Source of the DNA: Longimicrobiales bacterium
GTDB lineage: Bacteria > Gemmatimonadota > Gemmatimonadetes > Longimicrobiales > Gaopeijiaceae
Reading direction: 5' to 3'
Assembly: GCA_041690395.1 (NCBI GenBank)
Contig: JAWLHJ010000004.1
Coordinates: 209,355 to 273,354 of the forward strand
Length of the DNA: 64,000 bases
Below, piece by piece: positions 10,356-20,999 of the stretch (positions are counted from its first letter, which is position 1; the number at the start of each line of letters is the position of its first letter). The translations under genes were made by a program, and so were the position numbers. The notes under the pieces were generated by a model, which searched no databases, was not told the DNA's origin, and saw nothing but the letters and a program-made list of their open reading frames with translations.

Positions 10356-12305
10356 GTGAGCCTGCTCAGCCCCTGGTTCCTCATGGCCTCCGCGGCCGTG
10401 GCCGTCCCGCTCTTCCTTCACCTCTTCCACAAGCGGAAGACCGTCCGGATCAGCTTTCCGGCGCTCCGGTATCTCGAGCGCACGGAGCGGGAGCATGCGC
10501 ACGAGATCCGGTTCCGTCAGATCCTGCTGCTCCTGGCGCGGATCGGCGCGATCGTCCTGCTCGTACTTGCCGGCGCCAGGCCGCTGATCCCGGGCCCCGG
10601 CACGGCTCATCCTCCGACGGCCGTCGCCATCGTGCTCGACAACTCGATGAGCAGCGGCCTGGTCGTGGGTGACGAGAGGCGGCTGGATCGGCTGAAGGCG
10701 ATCGCGGAGCGGAGCCTGGACGCAGCGGGCCCCGACGACCTCTTCTGGGTGCTCCGCGCCGGCGAGCCTTGGCTCCCGGCCGCGCTGGGAACCGCGGACG
10801 ATGCCCGCGAAGCCGTTCGCGCGTCCGAGGTGAGCGCCGCGCGCGGCGACGTCACGGCCGCGCTCCGGAGAGCCGTCGACCTGGTCGGCGCCTCGTCGCT
10901 CGAGCATCGTGAGATCCACCTGGTTTCGGATCTCCAGGCCACCGCCTTCGACCTCTCGGTGCCCGGGCCGGCCGGCTCGATACCGGTGGTCACTTGGGCG
11001 CCCGACGACGATCCGCCGCCGAACCGTGCCCTGGTCGAGCTTCTCGTCGGCAGCGGCCTCGCCCCTGTCGAGGGGCAGCGGGCCGACCTGTCCGTCCGGC
11101 TGTCCGAAGGTCCAGACGGCGCCGAGCCGATCGGCGTGCGTGCGCTTCTAGACGGACGGATCCGGGCCGCCGGAACGGCCCCGCCCGGAGCGGTCGCGAC
11201 GCTGCCTCTTCCCTCGACGGGAGCCGGCTGGGTCGTCGGCGTGGTCGAGTCGGATCCGGACGCGCTCAGCCTCGACGACCGACGATACTTCGCGTTCCGT
11301 TCGCGGCCGCCGCCGGCCGTCCACGTCGTGGGAGAGCCGGGTCGTTTCGCGCGCGAAGCCCTCGGGGTGCTGGAGGACGCGCTCCGGCTGCGGACCGGGG
11401 GGGGCGGGGAGGGTGCGGAGCTGCGCGTCTCGGTGGGCGGAGCGGGGTTGTCCGAGGCGCCGACGGCCCGCGCCTACCTCGTGGTGCCGCCCGCCGATCC
11501 GACCCTGCTCCCTGCCCTCGACGTGCGTCTTCGCTCGGCCGGCGTACCCTGGCGGCTCAGCGCGCGGGCGGCCTCGGGCGGAGCGGAGCTCGCTGGTTCC
11601 GGCCTCCCTCCCGGACTCGCGGGGGTCTCGGTCGACTCGTGGTACGCCATCGAGCCGACGGGGGAGGCGACGTCGCAGAGCCGCGTGCTCGCCGAAGTGG
11701 CCGGCGAGCCCTGGCTCGTCGAGAGCCGGACGGCCGCGGGCGAGCCCGTGCTCCTGCTTGCGTCCCCGCTCGACCCGGCGTCGTCGTCCCTGCCTGTCTC
11801 CGCGGGGCTGGTGCGGTTTCTCGACTGGGCGGCCGGCGGCTGGACGGGACCGGGGAGCTCGGGCTCCGAGCAGCTGGCCGGCCAGCCGCTGCCGGCCCCG
11901 GCAGGCGCCACCCACGTCGTCCTCCCCTCGGGCGACACCCTGGCGGTGGACGGAACCCGCACCGTCTCCGCCACCGGCAGCGTGGGTCACTACGGCTTCA
12001 TCGCGTCCGACACGGTCGTCGCGTGGGTCGCGGTCAACCCCGCACCGGCGGAGTCGGACCTCTCACGCCTCGGTGACGACGAGCTGGAACGCGCCGCCGG
12101 GGACAACGTCGTGGTCGCCTCGAGCGAGGCCGCCTGGGCCCGCTCGGTGTTCCGCGAGCGCACCGGTCCCGAGATCTGGTGGCCGCTCCTGCTCCTGGCC
12201 GCGCTCGTGCTCCTCGTGGAGTCGCGGCTGGCCGCGGCCGGGACCCAATCGCCGACCCCTACGCGTACCTCGAACGACACCGTCCCGGCCCATGGCGCTT
12301 CCTGA
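10356..12305 (+). CDS. BatA-domain / vWA membrane protein
   Basis: N-terminal PWFL..VPLFLHL..FPALRYL BatA motif, LDNSMSS MIDAS, C-terminal TM EIWWPLLLLAALVLLVE. Confidence 0.85.
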   Translation: MSLLSPWFLMASAAVAVPLFLHLFHKRKTVRISFPALRYLERTEREHAHEIRFRQILLLLARIGAIVLLVLAGARPLIPGPGTAHPPTAVAIVLDNSMSSGLVVGDERRLDRLKAIAERSLDAAGPDDLFWVLRAGEPWLPAALGTADDAREAVRASEVSAARGDVTAALRRAVDLVGASSLEHREIHLVSDLQATAFDLSVPGPAGSIPVVTWAPDDDPPPNRALVELLVGSGLAPVEGQRADLSVRLSEGPDGAEPIGVRALLDGRIRAAGTAPPGAVATLPLPSTGAGWVVGVVESDPDALSLDDRRYFAFRSRPPPAVHVVGEPGRFAREALGVLEDALRLRTGGGGEGAELRVSVGGAGLSEAPTARAYLVVPPADPTLLPALDVRLRSAGVPWRLSARAASGGAELAGSGLPPGLAGVSVDSWYAIEPTGEATSQSRVLAEVAGEPWLVESRTAAGEPVLLLASPLDPASSSLPVSAGLVRFLDWAAGGWTGPGSSGSEQLAGQPLPAPAGATHVVLPSGDTLAVDGTRTVSATGSVGHYGFIASDTVVAWVAVNPAPAESDLSRLGDDELERAAGDNVVVASSEAAWARSVFRERTGPEIWWPLLLLAALVLLVESRLAAAGTQSPTPTRTSNDTVPAHGAS

Positions 12306-15300
12306 TCCGATCCTGACCGCCCTTTCGAGCTGCGAGGCGGTCCGAGCCGTGGGAGGCTCCCTCCCCCGCCCCGGTATCGTCCTGACGCTCGGCGGGGTCC
12401 GCGGCGCGCTGGGTCCCGCCGTGGTGGCCGCGCTCCACGAGGCCGCCCCCGAGCGCATCTTCGTCTACATCGCGGAGGACCCGCAGGCGGCCTCGGCGGC
12501 CGAGGCGGACCTCGAAGTCCTGCTCGGCACGGACGGCTCGGCGCACCTCTTCCCGCAGAAGGAAGCGCTCCCCTACGAGGAGCACGAGCCGCACCTCGAA
12601 ATCGGTGGGCTTCGGGTCGAGGCGCTCGAAGCCGTCTTCTCCGGGCGCGCCCAGATCCTGGTCACCACCCCGCGAGGACTCCAGGAGAGGATTCCGGTGC
12701 CGGCCGACCTCGCGCACCTCCGGCGGACGATCCGGACCGGAGAAGAGACCGACTTCGCCGCCCTGATCGCCGACCTCGAAGCCTGGGGCTTCGAGCGGGT
12801 CGCCATGGTCGAGGAGGTCGGGCAGCTCGCGGTTCGCGGAGGCATCCTCGACCTCTTCTCGGTAGCGGCGGGGGAGCCCGTCCGGATCGAGTTCTGGGGC
12901 GACGAGGTCGTCTCGATCCGCACGTTCGACGTGCTCGACCAGCTATCCACCGGGAAGCTCGAGGAGACACACGTGCTACCCGTCGACTTCCGTCGTTCGG
13001 CGGACGACGGGAACCTCGACGGCGGGGCGGTCACCCGCTCCCTCCTCGAGCTCCTCCCGGCCGACGCCGTCCTGACGCGCGGAGGCGACTGGGAGGTCTC
13101 CGAGGAAGCCGAGCACACCTGGGAGCGGGTCGTCACACTCCATGACGACCTCGTCCACTCGGGCGCGACCCCTCCCGAGCCGGCGTCGCTCTTCGTGCCG
13201 CCCGACGAGATGGTCCGTCTGGTCGACGCCATGCCCCGACTGGTCCTGAGCGAAGGGGAGGACGCCGACCAGATGCTCGACTCCGGGCCGCCTCCGCTGA
13301 TCGACCGGGACATGGGCAAGCTCGAGTCCTATCTCACCGACGGCGCCCGGGACGGCATCGAGACGCTCCTCCTTTGCGACAACGATGGTCAGCTGCAGCG
13401 GCTCGAGGAGATCCTCGGAGGCGTCGGCCGGATCCCGACCGGGACGCGGCTCGCCATCGGTTCGCTGCAGACCGGCTTCGAGCTCCGTTGCGGAGGGTCG
13501 ATGCTGCGCGTGCTCAACGACCACGAGATCTTCCGGCGCCCGCGACGGGTGCGCAGGAGCAGGAAGTTCCGGGGAGCCGTGGCCCTCGAGAGCCTCGCGC
13601 AGCTCACCCCGGGCGATCACGTCGTGCACATGGATCACGGGATCGGGCGCTTCGTGGGCCTCGAGCACATCGACGTCGCCGGCGACGAGATCGAGGTGCT
13701 GGCCATCGAGTACGCGGGCGGCGAGGTGCTCCGGCTGCCGGTCTACCGGCTCGACCTGATCGAGCGCTGGGTGGGCGCCACCGAGGAGGCCAGGCCGACG
13801 GCGCTCCACCGGATCGGCGGGAAGCGCTGGAAGGCGCTGCGGAAGAAGACCGAGCAGGTCATCGAGGAGATGACGGCCGAGCTGCTCGAGCTCTACGCCC
13901 GGCGCGAGCATTCCGGAGGATTCGCGTTCAGCCCCGACACGCGCTGGCAGATGGAGATGGAGTCGTCGTTCCTCTACGAGGACACGCCCGACCAGCGGAA
14001 GGCCGCCGAGGACGTGAAGCGCGACATGGAGTCGTCCCGACCCATGGACCGCCTGGTGTGCGGCGACGTGGGGTATGGCAAGACCGAGGTCGCCATCCGG
14101 GCCGCCTTCAAGGCCGTCCAGGACAACAAGCAGGTGGCCGTGCTCGCGCCGACCACGATCCTCGCCGAGCAGCACCGCCACACGTTCGAGGAGCGGCTGG
14201 CGGACTACCCGGTCCGCATCGGCTCGCTCAGCCGGTTCCGCACCGCGGCGGAGCAGCGAGATCTCCTCGCGGGAGTGGCCGAGGGGTCCGTCGACATCGT
14301 GATCGGCACCCACCGGCTCCTGTCCGAGGACGTCGTCTTCAAGGACCTGGGGCTCCTGATCGTCGACGAGGAGCAGCGCTTCGGGGTGAAGCACAAGGAG
14401 CGGCTCAAGAAGCTCAGGGCCTCGATCGACGTGCTCACCCTGACCGCCACGCCGATCCCCAGGACCCTCTACCTGTCCCTGTCGGGGATCCGTGACCTGT
14501 CGCTCATACGGACGCCACCGCGCGACCGCATGCCGATCTACACCCACGTGCTCCCCTGGTCCGACCAGCTCCTGGCCGAAGCGCTCCACCGGGAGCTGGA
14601 CCGGGGCGGGCAGGCGTTCTTCCTGCACAACCGCATCGAGACGATCTACACGATCGCCGAGGAGGTCCGGGGGCTGGCCCCCGAGGCGAAGGTCGGGGTC
14701 GCGCACGGCCAGATGACCGGTGCCGATCTCGACGAGGTCATGCGCGCGTTCGTGGACGGGGAGCTCGACGTCCTGGTCTGCTCCTCGATCATCGAGAACG
14801 GGCTGGACGTGCCGAACGCGAACACGCTGATCGTCGACGCGGCCGACCGCTTCGGGCTCTCCCAGCTCTACCAGATCCGCGGCCGGGTCGGGCGCTCGGA
14901 CCGGCGCGCGTACTGCTATCTGATCGTGCCGAACCAGGTGACCGAAGACGCCGAGCGCCGCCTGCGCGTGCTCGAGCACTACACCGAGCTCGGCTCGGGA
15001 TACTCGGTCGCGATGCAGGACCTCGAGCTGCGGGGCGCCGGCAACCTTCTCGGCGCCGACCAGTCGGGCTTCGCGAACCAGATCGGCATGGATGCCTACA
15101 TGCGGCTCTTGCACAAAACGGTGGACCGCCTGAGGAAGGGCGAGACCGTCGACAGCTGGCCGGACCCGGACGTATCGCTCCCGGGTGCCGCGCTCCTTCC
15201 CGACGAGTACGTTTCAGATTCGAGCCAGAAGCTCCATCTTTACCGGCGCCTCTCCAAGGTGGAGGATCCGGCCGAGGTCGGGGCGGTCCGTGACGAGCTC

Positions 15301-15615
15301 ATCGACCGTTTCGGCCCGCTCCCGGAAGAGGCCCGGCGTCTCCTCGACGCGACGCTGCTCCGGGTGTTGGGACGTCCGCTCGGCGTCGAACGGATCCTCG
15401 TGCGACGCGAGTCGGCAAGGATCACATTCCGTGAGGGAGTGGTCCCGAAGCTGTCGGTGCTCGAGGGACCGCTCCGGAAGCGGCACGCGCATGCCGAGAT
15501 CCTGCGGATGACTCCGTTGTCCGTGCAACTCGAGCGGGTCGGGTCGGACTCCATCATGGAGACGCTGACCGTCGCGCTCGAAACGCTCCGCGGCGGCCGT
15601 TCCGCCGCAGCATGA
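12292..15615 (+). CDS. mfd: Transcription-repair coupling factor
   Basis: VRGGILDLF, VHMDHGIGRF, CGDVGYGKTEVA, DEEQRFGV, QIRGRVGRS, DLELRGAGNLLG. ATG at 12292; the track start at 11413 is over-extended. Confidence 0.97.
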   Translation: MALPDPILTALSSCEAVRAVGGSLPRPGIVLTLGGVRGALGPAVVAALHEAAPERIFVYIAEDPQAASAAEADLEVLLGTDGSAHLFPQKEALPYEEHEPHLEIGGLRVEALEAVFSGRAQILVTTPRGLQERIPVPADLAHLRRTIRTGEETDFAALIADLEAWGFERVAMVEEVGQLAVRGGILDLFSVAAGEPVRIEFWGDEVVSIRTFDVLDQLSTGKLEETHVLPVDFRRSADDGNLDGGAVTRSLLELLPADAVLTRGGDWEVSEEAEHTWERVVTLHDDLVHSGATPPEPASLFVPPDEMVRLVDAMPRLVLSEGEDADQMLDSGPPPLIDRDMGKLESYLTDGARDGIETLLLCDNDGQLQRLEEILGGVGRIPTGTRLAIGSLQTGFELRCGGSMLRVLNDHEIFRRPRRVRRSRKFRGAVALESLAQLTPGDHVVHMDHGIGRFVGLEHIDVAGDEIEVLAIEYAGGEVLRLPVYRLDLIERWVGATEEARPTALHRIGGKRWKALRKKTEQVIEEMTAELLELYARREHSGGFAFSPDTRWQMEMESSFLYEDTPDQRKAAEDVKRDMESSRPMDRLVCGDVGYGKTEVAIRAAFKAVQDNKQVAVLAPTTILAEQHRHTFEERLADYPVRIGSLSRFRTAAEQRDLLAGVAEGSVDIVIGTHRLLSEDVVFKDLGLLIVDEEQRFGVKHKERLKKLRASIDVLTLTATPIPRTLYLSLSGIRDLSLIRTPPRDRMPIYTHVLPWSDQLLAEALHRELDRGGQAFFLHNRIETIYTIAEEVRGLAPEAKVGVAHGQMTGADLDEVMRAFVDGELDVLVCSSIIENGLDVPNANTLIVDAADRFGLSQLYQIRGRVGRSDRRAYCYLIVPNQVTEDAERRLRVLEHYTELGSGYSVAMQDLELRGAGNLLGADQSGFANQIGMDAYMRLLHKTVDRLRKGETVDSWPDPDVSLPGAALLPDEYVSDSSQKLHLYRRLSKVEDPAEVGAVRDELIDRFGPLPEEARRLLDATLLRVLGRPLGVERILVRRESARITFREGVVPKLSVLEGPLRKRHAHAEILRMTPLSVQLERVGSDSIMETLTVALETLRGGRSAAA

Positions 15616-17093
15616 ACCGAATCACCTACCGAGGTCCTGACATCATGAAGGCACTGTCCACCGGGAAGACGTACCGGCTGCTCCTCTGCGCGCTCGGCCC
15701 CGTCGCTCTGGCCGCGTGCGCCGACGACAGCACGGACGCCGAGACGGTCGCTCGCGTCGACGGATACCGGTTGACGGTCGACGAGCTGGTCGAGCTGACG
15801 GTCGACGACGAAGAGCTTCCCGTGAGCGCCGACGTCGTCGAAGCCCTCGCCGGCCTCTGGATCGACTACACGCTCTTCGCCGAGGTCGCGGCGAACGACT
15901 CGACGCTCGAGGCGATCGACTTCACGCCGCTGGTCCGGGCCCGGCTCGATCAGGAGGCGTTGGGCGCGTTGGGTGATTCAGCGATCCAGGCGGACACCAT
16001 CGTAACCGAGGCGGACGCCCGGGCGTGGTACGAGACGTCCGGCGAAGGCGTGCGCTTCCGGGCGAGTCACATCATGCTCCAGTATCCGCCGCAGGCGACC
16101 CAGCCCCAGAGGGACAGCGTGCGCGAGCGGCTCTCGAGCATCCGAGACGACATCCTCGGCGGTGCTTCCTTCGAGGCGACGGCCCGCGAGGTCAGTCAGG
16201 ACCCGGGGAGCGCGCGGCAGGGCGGAGACCTCGGATACTTCTCGCCCGGCGACCTGGTGCGTCCGTTCGAGGAGGCCGTCGAGGCACTCCAGCCCGGTGA
16301 GATGAGCGACGTCGTCGCCACTCCGATGGGACTCCACCTCATCCGATTGGAGGACCGAGAGCGGCCCGACTTCGCCGAGGTCTCCACCGATGTGGTCGCC
16401 CGCCTCCGAATGGAGCGGCTCCAGCAGGCCGAGTCGCTCTACGTGGCCGGCGTGGAGGAACGCGCCGGCGAGCTAACCGTGGTCGATGGCGCCGTCGAAG
16501 TGGCCCGCGACCTCGCACGGAGCCCGTCGGTCAGCCTGTCCGGGCGCGCCGCCCGGCGGCCACTCGTGGAGTGGGGATCCGGCTCGCTCTCGGCGGCCCG
16601 CTATCTCGAGCTGCTCAGGCTCGAGCCACCGGTCTTCCACGAGCAGGTCGCGAACGGAAGCGTGGAGGCACTGGAGGACTTCCTCGGCGCACTCGCCCGC
16701 AGGGAGCTGATCCTGGAGGAAGCGGAGGGCATGGGTCTCACCGCCTCCCGCGAGCGCGTCGATTCCCTCACCGCGGAGGCGGCGAGTCAGATCCGTGAGG
16801 CAGCGCGCCGGCTCGACCTGATCCCGTTGGAGCGCGCCCCGGGCGAAGACCTCGAGCGGGCCGTCCAGCGCGCGGTCCTCGGCGCGCTCGAGGACAACCT
16901 CTCGGGCGCCAACCCGTCGATCCCGCTCGGGCCGCTCTCGTACCAGCTCCGTTCGGGACATGCTCATTCGATCTCCAACGCCGGCGTGGGTCGCGCCGTG
17001 CTCGAGCTGGGACGGCAGCGCGCGGCGCGCGGCGCTTCGCCGATGGACAACGCCGTACCGCTCGACTCGACGCCGTCCGGAGGTGGCTCTTGA
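15612..17093 (+). CDS. Parvulin-type peptidyl-prolyl isomerase lipoprotein
   Basis: Lipobox LAAC; RASHIM..SQDPGSARQGGDLGYF..PFEEA..GLHLIR rotamase motif. Start may be the ATG at 15645. Confidence 0.88.
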   Translation: MNRITYRGPDIMKALSTGKTYRLLLCALGPVALAACADDSTDAETVARVDGYRLTVDELVELTVDDEELPVSADVVEALAGLWIDYTLFAEVAANDSTLEAIDFTPLVRARLDQEALGALGDSAIQADTIVTEADARAWYETSGEGVRFRASHIMLQYPPQATQPQRDSVRERLSSIRDDILGGASFEATAREVSQDPGSARQGGDLGYFSPGDLVRPFEEAVEALQPGEMSDVVATPMGLHLIRLEDRERPDFAEVSTDVVARLRMERLQQAESLYVAGVEERAGELTVVDGAVEVARDLARSPSVSLSGRAARRPLVEWGSGSLSAARYLELLRLEPPVFHEQVANGSVEALEDFLGALARRELILEEAEGMGLTASRERVDSLTAEAASQIREAARRLDLIPLERAPGEDLERAVQRAVLGALEDNLSGANPSIPLGPLSYQLRSGHAHSISNAGVGRAVLELGRQRAARGASPMDNAVPLDSTPSGGGS

Positions 17094-18439
17094 GCCGGAA
17101 CACCGCCCAGCGCGGAGGGTTACGAACGGCCATGCTGACACGCGTTCTGTTGCTGGCCTCGTGCCTCGTCTCCATCGCCGTCCCCGCCTCCAGTCAGATC
17201 ACCCCCGGAGAGGCGGTGGTCGACCGCGTCGTCGCCATCGTGGGAGACTCGGTGGTCCTCCAGTCGCAGATCGAGGAGGAGATCCAGCGGATGCGGCTGC
17301 AGCAGGCCCAGGTTCCCGCCGACGGAGATCCGGCGTACGACCAGTTCTTCCAGGGCATCCTGGATTCCTGGGTGAGCCGCGTCCTGGTGCTCCACGCCGC
17401 CGCCCAGGACACCCTGATCAAGCCGGACGAGGCGACCATCGAGCAACGCGTGTCGGCCGAGATCGAGCGGCTGATCGAGCAGTTCGGCGGCCGGCCGGCG
17501 CTCATGGAGGCACTCGGCGGGGAGGGGCTCACGCTCTCGGAGTATCGTGACATCCTCTCCAACCAGGCCCGTCAGGAGCAGGTGCAGCAGATGTTCATCC
17601 AGAGCCGGCTGCGCAACGCCAGGCCAGCGGACGTCTCCGAAGACGAGCTCCGGGCCCGCTTCGCGCAGGCGAGCGGCCAGCTCCAGCAGCGTCCCCGCCT
17701 GCTCACGTTCCGGCAGGTGGTCGTGCTGCCGGAGGCGTCCGAGGCCGCCCGGGAGGAGGCTCGCGCCCTCGCCGAAGACCTCCTGGAGCGCATCCGCGAC
17801 GGTGAGGACTTCGAACAGCTGGCGCGGCGGTACTCCGAGGACCCCGGATCAGCTCAGCTCGGCGGCGACCTCGGCTGGTTCCGGCGGGGACGGATGGTCC
17901 GGGAGTTCGAGGACGTGGCGTTCGCGCTCCGTGACGGCGCCGTGAGCAACGTCGTCGAGTCGGATTTCGGCTACCACATCATCAAGGCCGAACGGTCGCG
18001 TCCGGGTGAGCGACAGGCACGGCACATCCTGATCATCCCCGACATCTCGGAGGACGATGTGGAGCGGGCCCGCGCCGTCGCCGAGCAGGTGGCCGCGGAG
18101 GCCCGGGCCGGCGCGTCGATGGATTCGCTCTATCTCGAGCACTCCGACCTCGCTGCGCCGGACTCGCTCACGCTCACCTTCGACCAGATCGCGGAGCTCC
18201 CCCGGGGATACGGGGCCATCCGCACTGCCAGCGCGGGCGACGTCCTCGGTCCTCTGGACTACGAGGGTCAGGGCGAGCAGCGCTTCGCCGTGGTCAAGGT
18301 CCAGGAGATCCGCGAAGCGGGCGCGTACACGTTCGAGGACGTCCGGAACCAGCTGGCCAACCAGGTGCAGCAGGAGAAGCAGCTCGAGCGGATCATCAGC
18401 GACCTGCGAGAGCAGACGTACATCGAGATCCTGAGGTAG
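17090..18439 (+). CDS. surA: SurA-like chaperone / PPIase
   Basis: VVDRVVAIVGDSVVLQS SurA N-domain, SEDPGSAQLGGDLGWF rotamase, C-terminal YIEIL; precedes pdxA. Confidence 0.85.
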   Translation: MSRNTAQRGGLRTAMLTRVLLLASCLVSIAVPASSQITPGEAVVDRVVAIVGDSVVLQSQIEEEIQRMRLQQAQVPADGDPAYDQFFQGILDSWVSRVLVLHAAAQDTLIKPDEATIEQRVSAEIERLIEQFGGRPALMEALGGEGLTLSEYRDILSNQARQEQVQQMFIQSRLRNARPADVSEDELRARFAQASGQLQQRPRLLTFRQVVVLPEASEAAREEARALAEDLLERIRDGEDFEQLARRYSEDPGSAQLGGDLGWFRRGRMVREFEDVAFALRDGAVSNVVESDFGYHIIKAERSRPGERQARHILIIPDISEDDVERARAVAEQVAAEARAGASMDSLYLEHSDLAAPDSLTLTFDQIAELPRGYGAIRTASAGDVLGPLDYEGQGEQRFAVVKVQEIREAGAYTFEDVRNQLANQVQQEKQLERIISDLREQTYIEILR

Positions 18440-18443
18440 CGCC

Positions 18444-19415
18444 GTAGCCTCTCCTCCTGGCCTCCGCGTCGCGATCACGCCGGGTGATCCGCGGGGTATC
18501 GGCCCCGAGGTCGCGTTGGCCGCCCTGCGGTCGCTCGACGTGGGAGAGATGGGGTTCGAGCCGATCCTGGTCGGCCCGGACCGAGCGGAGCCGTGGAGGT
18601 CGGGCGCCGAGCCGGCGGCCGGGACGTGGGTCCCGGATCGGTCCGTGCTGGACGACCGGAAGGCCGGCGGCTTTGCCGCGGAAGCGATCGAGCGCGCGGT
18701 GGCCATGGCGATGGACGGCTCCGTGCACGCGGTCGTGACGGCCCCGATCCACAAGCCGTCCCTGCACGCGGCCGGGCGGCACTTCCCGGGGCACACGGAG
18801 ATGCTCCAGGCGCTGGCGGGAGCTCCCGCCGTCGGCATGCTGATGGCCGCCGAGCGCACCCGCCTGGACGGGCCTCTCCGGGTCCTGCTCGCGACCACGC
18901 ACGTGGCGCTGGCGAGCGTTCCCGAGCTGCTGTCCGCAGACGTCCTGGTCACCCAGACGACGCTGCTCCACGAGGCGCTCGCGAACGACTGGGGCATCGC
19001 GGTGCCGAAGATCGCCCTCTGTGCCTTCAACCCGCACGCTTCCGACGGCGGGCTCTTCGGCGACGAGGAGGCCAGGGTCTACGGGCCCGCCCTCGAGCGC
19101 CTCGAGGCCGCCGGAATCCACGCGGCGGGGCCGTTGCCGGCGGACACCGTGTTCCAGCGAGCCATCGCCGGCGCGTTCGATGCCGTCGTCGCTCCCTACC
19201 ACGACGTCGGCATGGCCGCGTTCAAGACCGTCTCGTTCGGCACCGGCGTGAACGTGACCCTCGGCCTCCCGTTCGTCCGCACGTCTCCCGACCATGGCAC
19301 CGCGTTCGACCTGGCGGGGACCGGACGGGCCGATTCCACCTCGATGCGAGAGGCCATCGAGCTCGCCGTCCGCCTGGCTCGCACGCGCTTTGACAGGGCC
19401 TCCGGGCGTGTCTAA
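18444..19415 (+). CDS. pdxA: 4-hydroxythreonine-4-phosphate dehydrogenase
   Basis: ITPGDPRGIGPEV, TAPIHK, GHTE, NPHA, YHD, NVTLGLPFVRTSPDHGTAFD. Start codon uncertain (see findings). Confidence 0.92.
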   Translation, partial: VASPPGLRVAITPGDPRGIGPEVALAALRSLDVGEMGFEPILVGPDRAEPWRSGAEPAAGTWVPDRSVLDDRKAGGFAAEAIERAVAMAMDGSVHAVVTAPIHKPSLHAAGRHFPGHTEMLQALAGAPAVGMLMAAERTRLDGPLRVLLATTHVALASVPELLSADVLVTQTTLLHEALANDWGIAVPKIALCAFNPHASDGGLFGDEEARVYGPALERLEAAGIHAAGPLPADTVFQRAIAGAFDAVVAPYHDVGMAAFKTVSFGTGVNVTLGLPFVRTSPDHGTAFDLAGTGRADSTSMREAIELAVRLARTRFDRASGRV

Positions 19416-19418
19416 GCT
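19390..19418 (+). promoter_or_regulatory. Sigma70-type promoter for ftsEX-envC
   Basis: TTGACA-N17-TAAGCT; the -10 overlaps the pdxA TAA stop and ends 33 nt before the ftsE TTG. Confidence 0.7.
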
Positions 19419-19451
19419 TTCGCGTCACGGCCCCCTTCCCCGCCCGCTCCG

Positions 19452-20138
<687 letters not shown>

Positions 20139-20141
20139 CGC

Positions 20142-20996
20142 GTGTACGCCATCAGGGAAGCCCTCGCCGCCTTCCGCCGCACTCCGCTCCTGACCGGACT
20201 TTCCGCCGCCATGGTTGGGCTCGCGCTCCTCGTGGTGGGGTTGTTCGGGCTCGCCGCCCATAACCTCGACCTGGCGCTCGCGTCGATCGAGGAACGTGTC
20301 GAGGTCGTCGCCTACCTCCGCGACGACGTGCGCCAGAACGAGATCGACCTCGCGCTGCAGGAGATCTCCTCGTTGGAGCAGGTGCGCTCGGTCCGCTACA
20401 TCTCGAAGCGCGACGCGCTGGAGCGCGCGCGCGCCGACCTCCCCGACTTCGGAGCGCTCTTCTCGGACCTGGCCGTCAATCCCCTACCGCAGTCCCTGGA
20501 GATCGAGCTGAGGCCGGGGGCGCGTGACCCCGCCATGGTCGACCGGGTCGCCGAGGCGGCCATGGCCTACCCGTTCGTGGAAGACGCCCGCTACGGCCGG
20601 GAGTGGGTCGACCGGCTCTTCACCCTCCGACGCGTCGGCGCGGGCGCCACCGCGGTCCTGGGCGGGGCCTTCGCGCTGGTCGCCGCGCTCATCATCGCGA
20701 CCGCGCTCCGGATCGCCATCTTCGCGCGTCGGGACGAGATCTACGTGATGCGGCTGGTCGGCGCGCGCAACGGCTTCATAAGGCGGCCCTTCCTCGTGGA
20801 GGGCGCCATGGCCGGCCTGTTGGGCGGGCTCATCGCGTGGGGCCTGACCTACGCCGCCTACCGCTCCGTCTACGCGTCGCTCTTCGAGATCGCCTGGATC
20901 CCGGACCCCTGGGTCCTCGCCGGGATCGGTGGCGGGGTCCTGTTCGGCATCCTGTCCAGCGCGCTGGCGGTTCGACGGCACCTCCGGGAGATCTGA
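20142..20996 (+). CDS. ftsX: Cell division permease FtsX
   Basis: NPLP motif, RRDEIYVMRLVGA..FIRRPFLVEG, four TM segments. Confidence 0.93.
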   Translation: MYAIREALAAFRRTPLLTGLSAAMVGLALLVVGLFGLAAHNLDLALASIEERVEVVAYLRDDVRQNEIDLALQEISSLEQVRSVRYISKRDALERARADLPDFGALFSDLAVNPLPQSLEIELRPGARDPAMVDRVAEAAMAYPFVEDARYGREWVDRLFTLRRVGAGATAVLGGAFALVAALIIATALRIAIFARRDEIYVMRLVGARNGFIRRPFLVEGAMAGLLGGLIAWGLTYAAYRSVYASLFEIAWIPDPWVLAGIGGGVLFGILSSALAVRRHLREI

Positions 20997-20999
20997 GCC

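Noticed and set aside
11397..11410. G8 run in the BatA gene as a phase-variation tract
   Set aside because: It encodes an in-frame Gly linker, is short, and is unremarkable at this GC content.
11413..12291. Apparent N-terminal extension making Mfd 1400 aa
   Set aside because: It lies within the BatA gene in another frame and has R/P/S-rich non-protein-like composition; the ATG at 12292 gives a normal-length Mfd.
12976..15114. Long antisense and alternate-frame ORFs (e.g. 712 aa opposite mfd; also 3546-5099, 24678-26663, 28418-30142, 50125-52098)
   Set aside because: Shadow ORFs expected from high GC3 codon bias; they overlap well-supported genes and carry no recognisable motifs.
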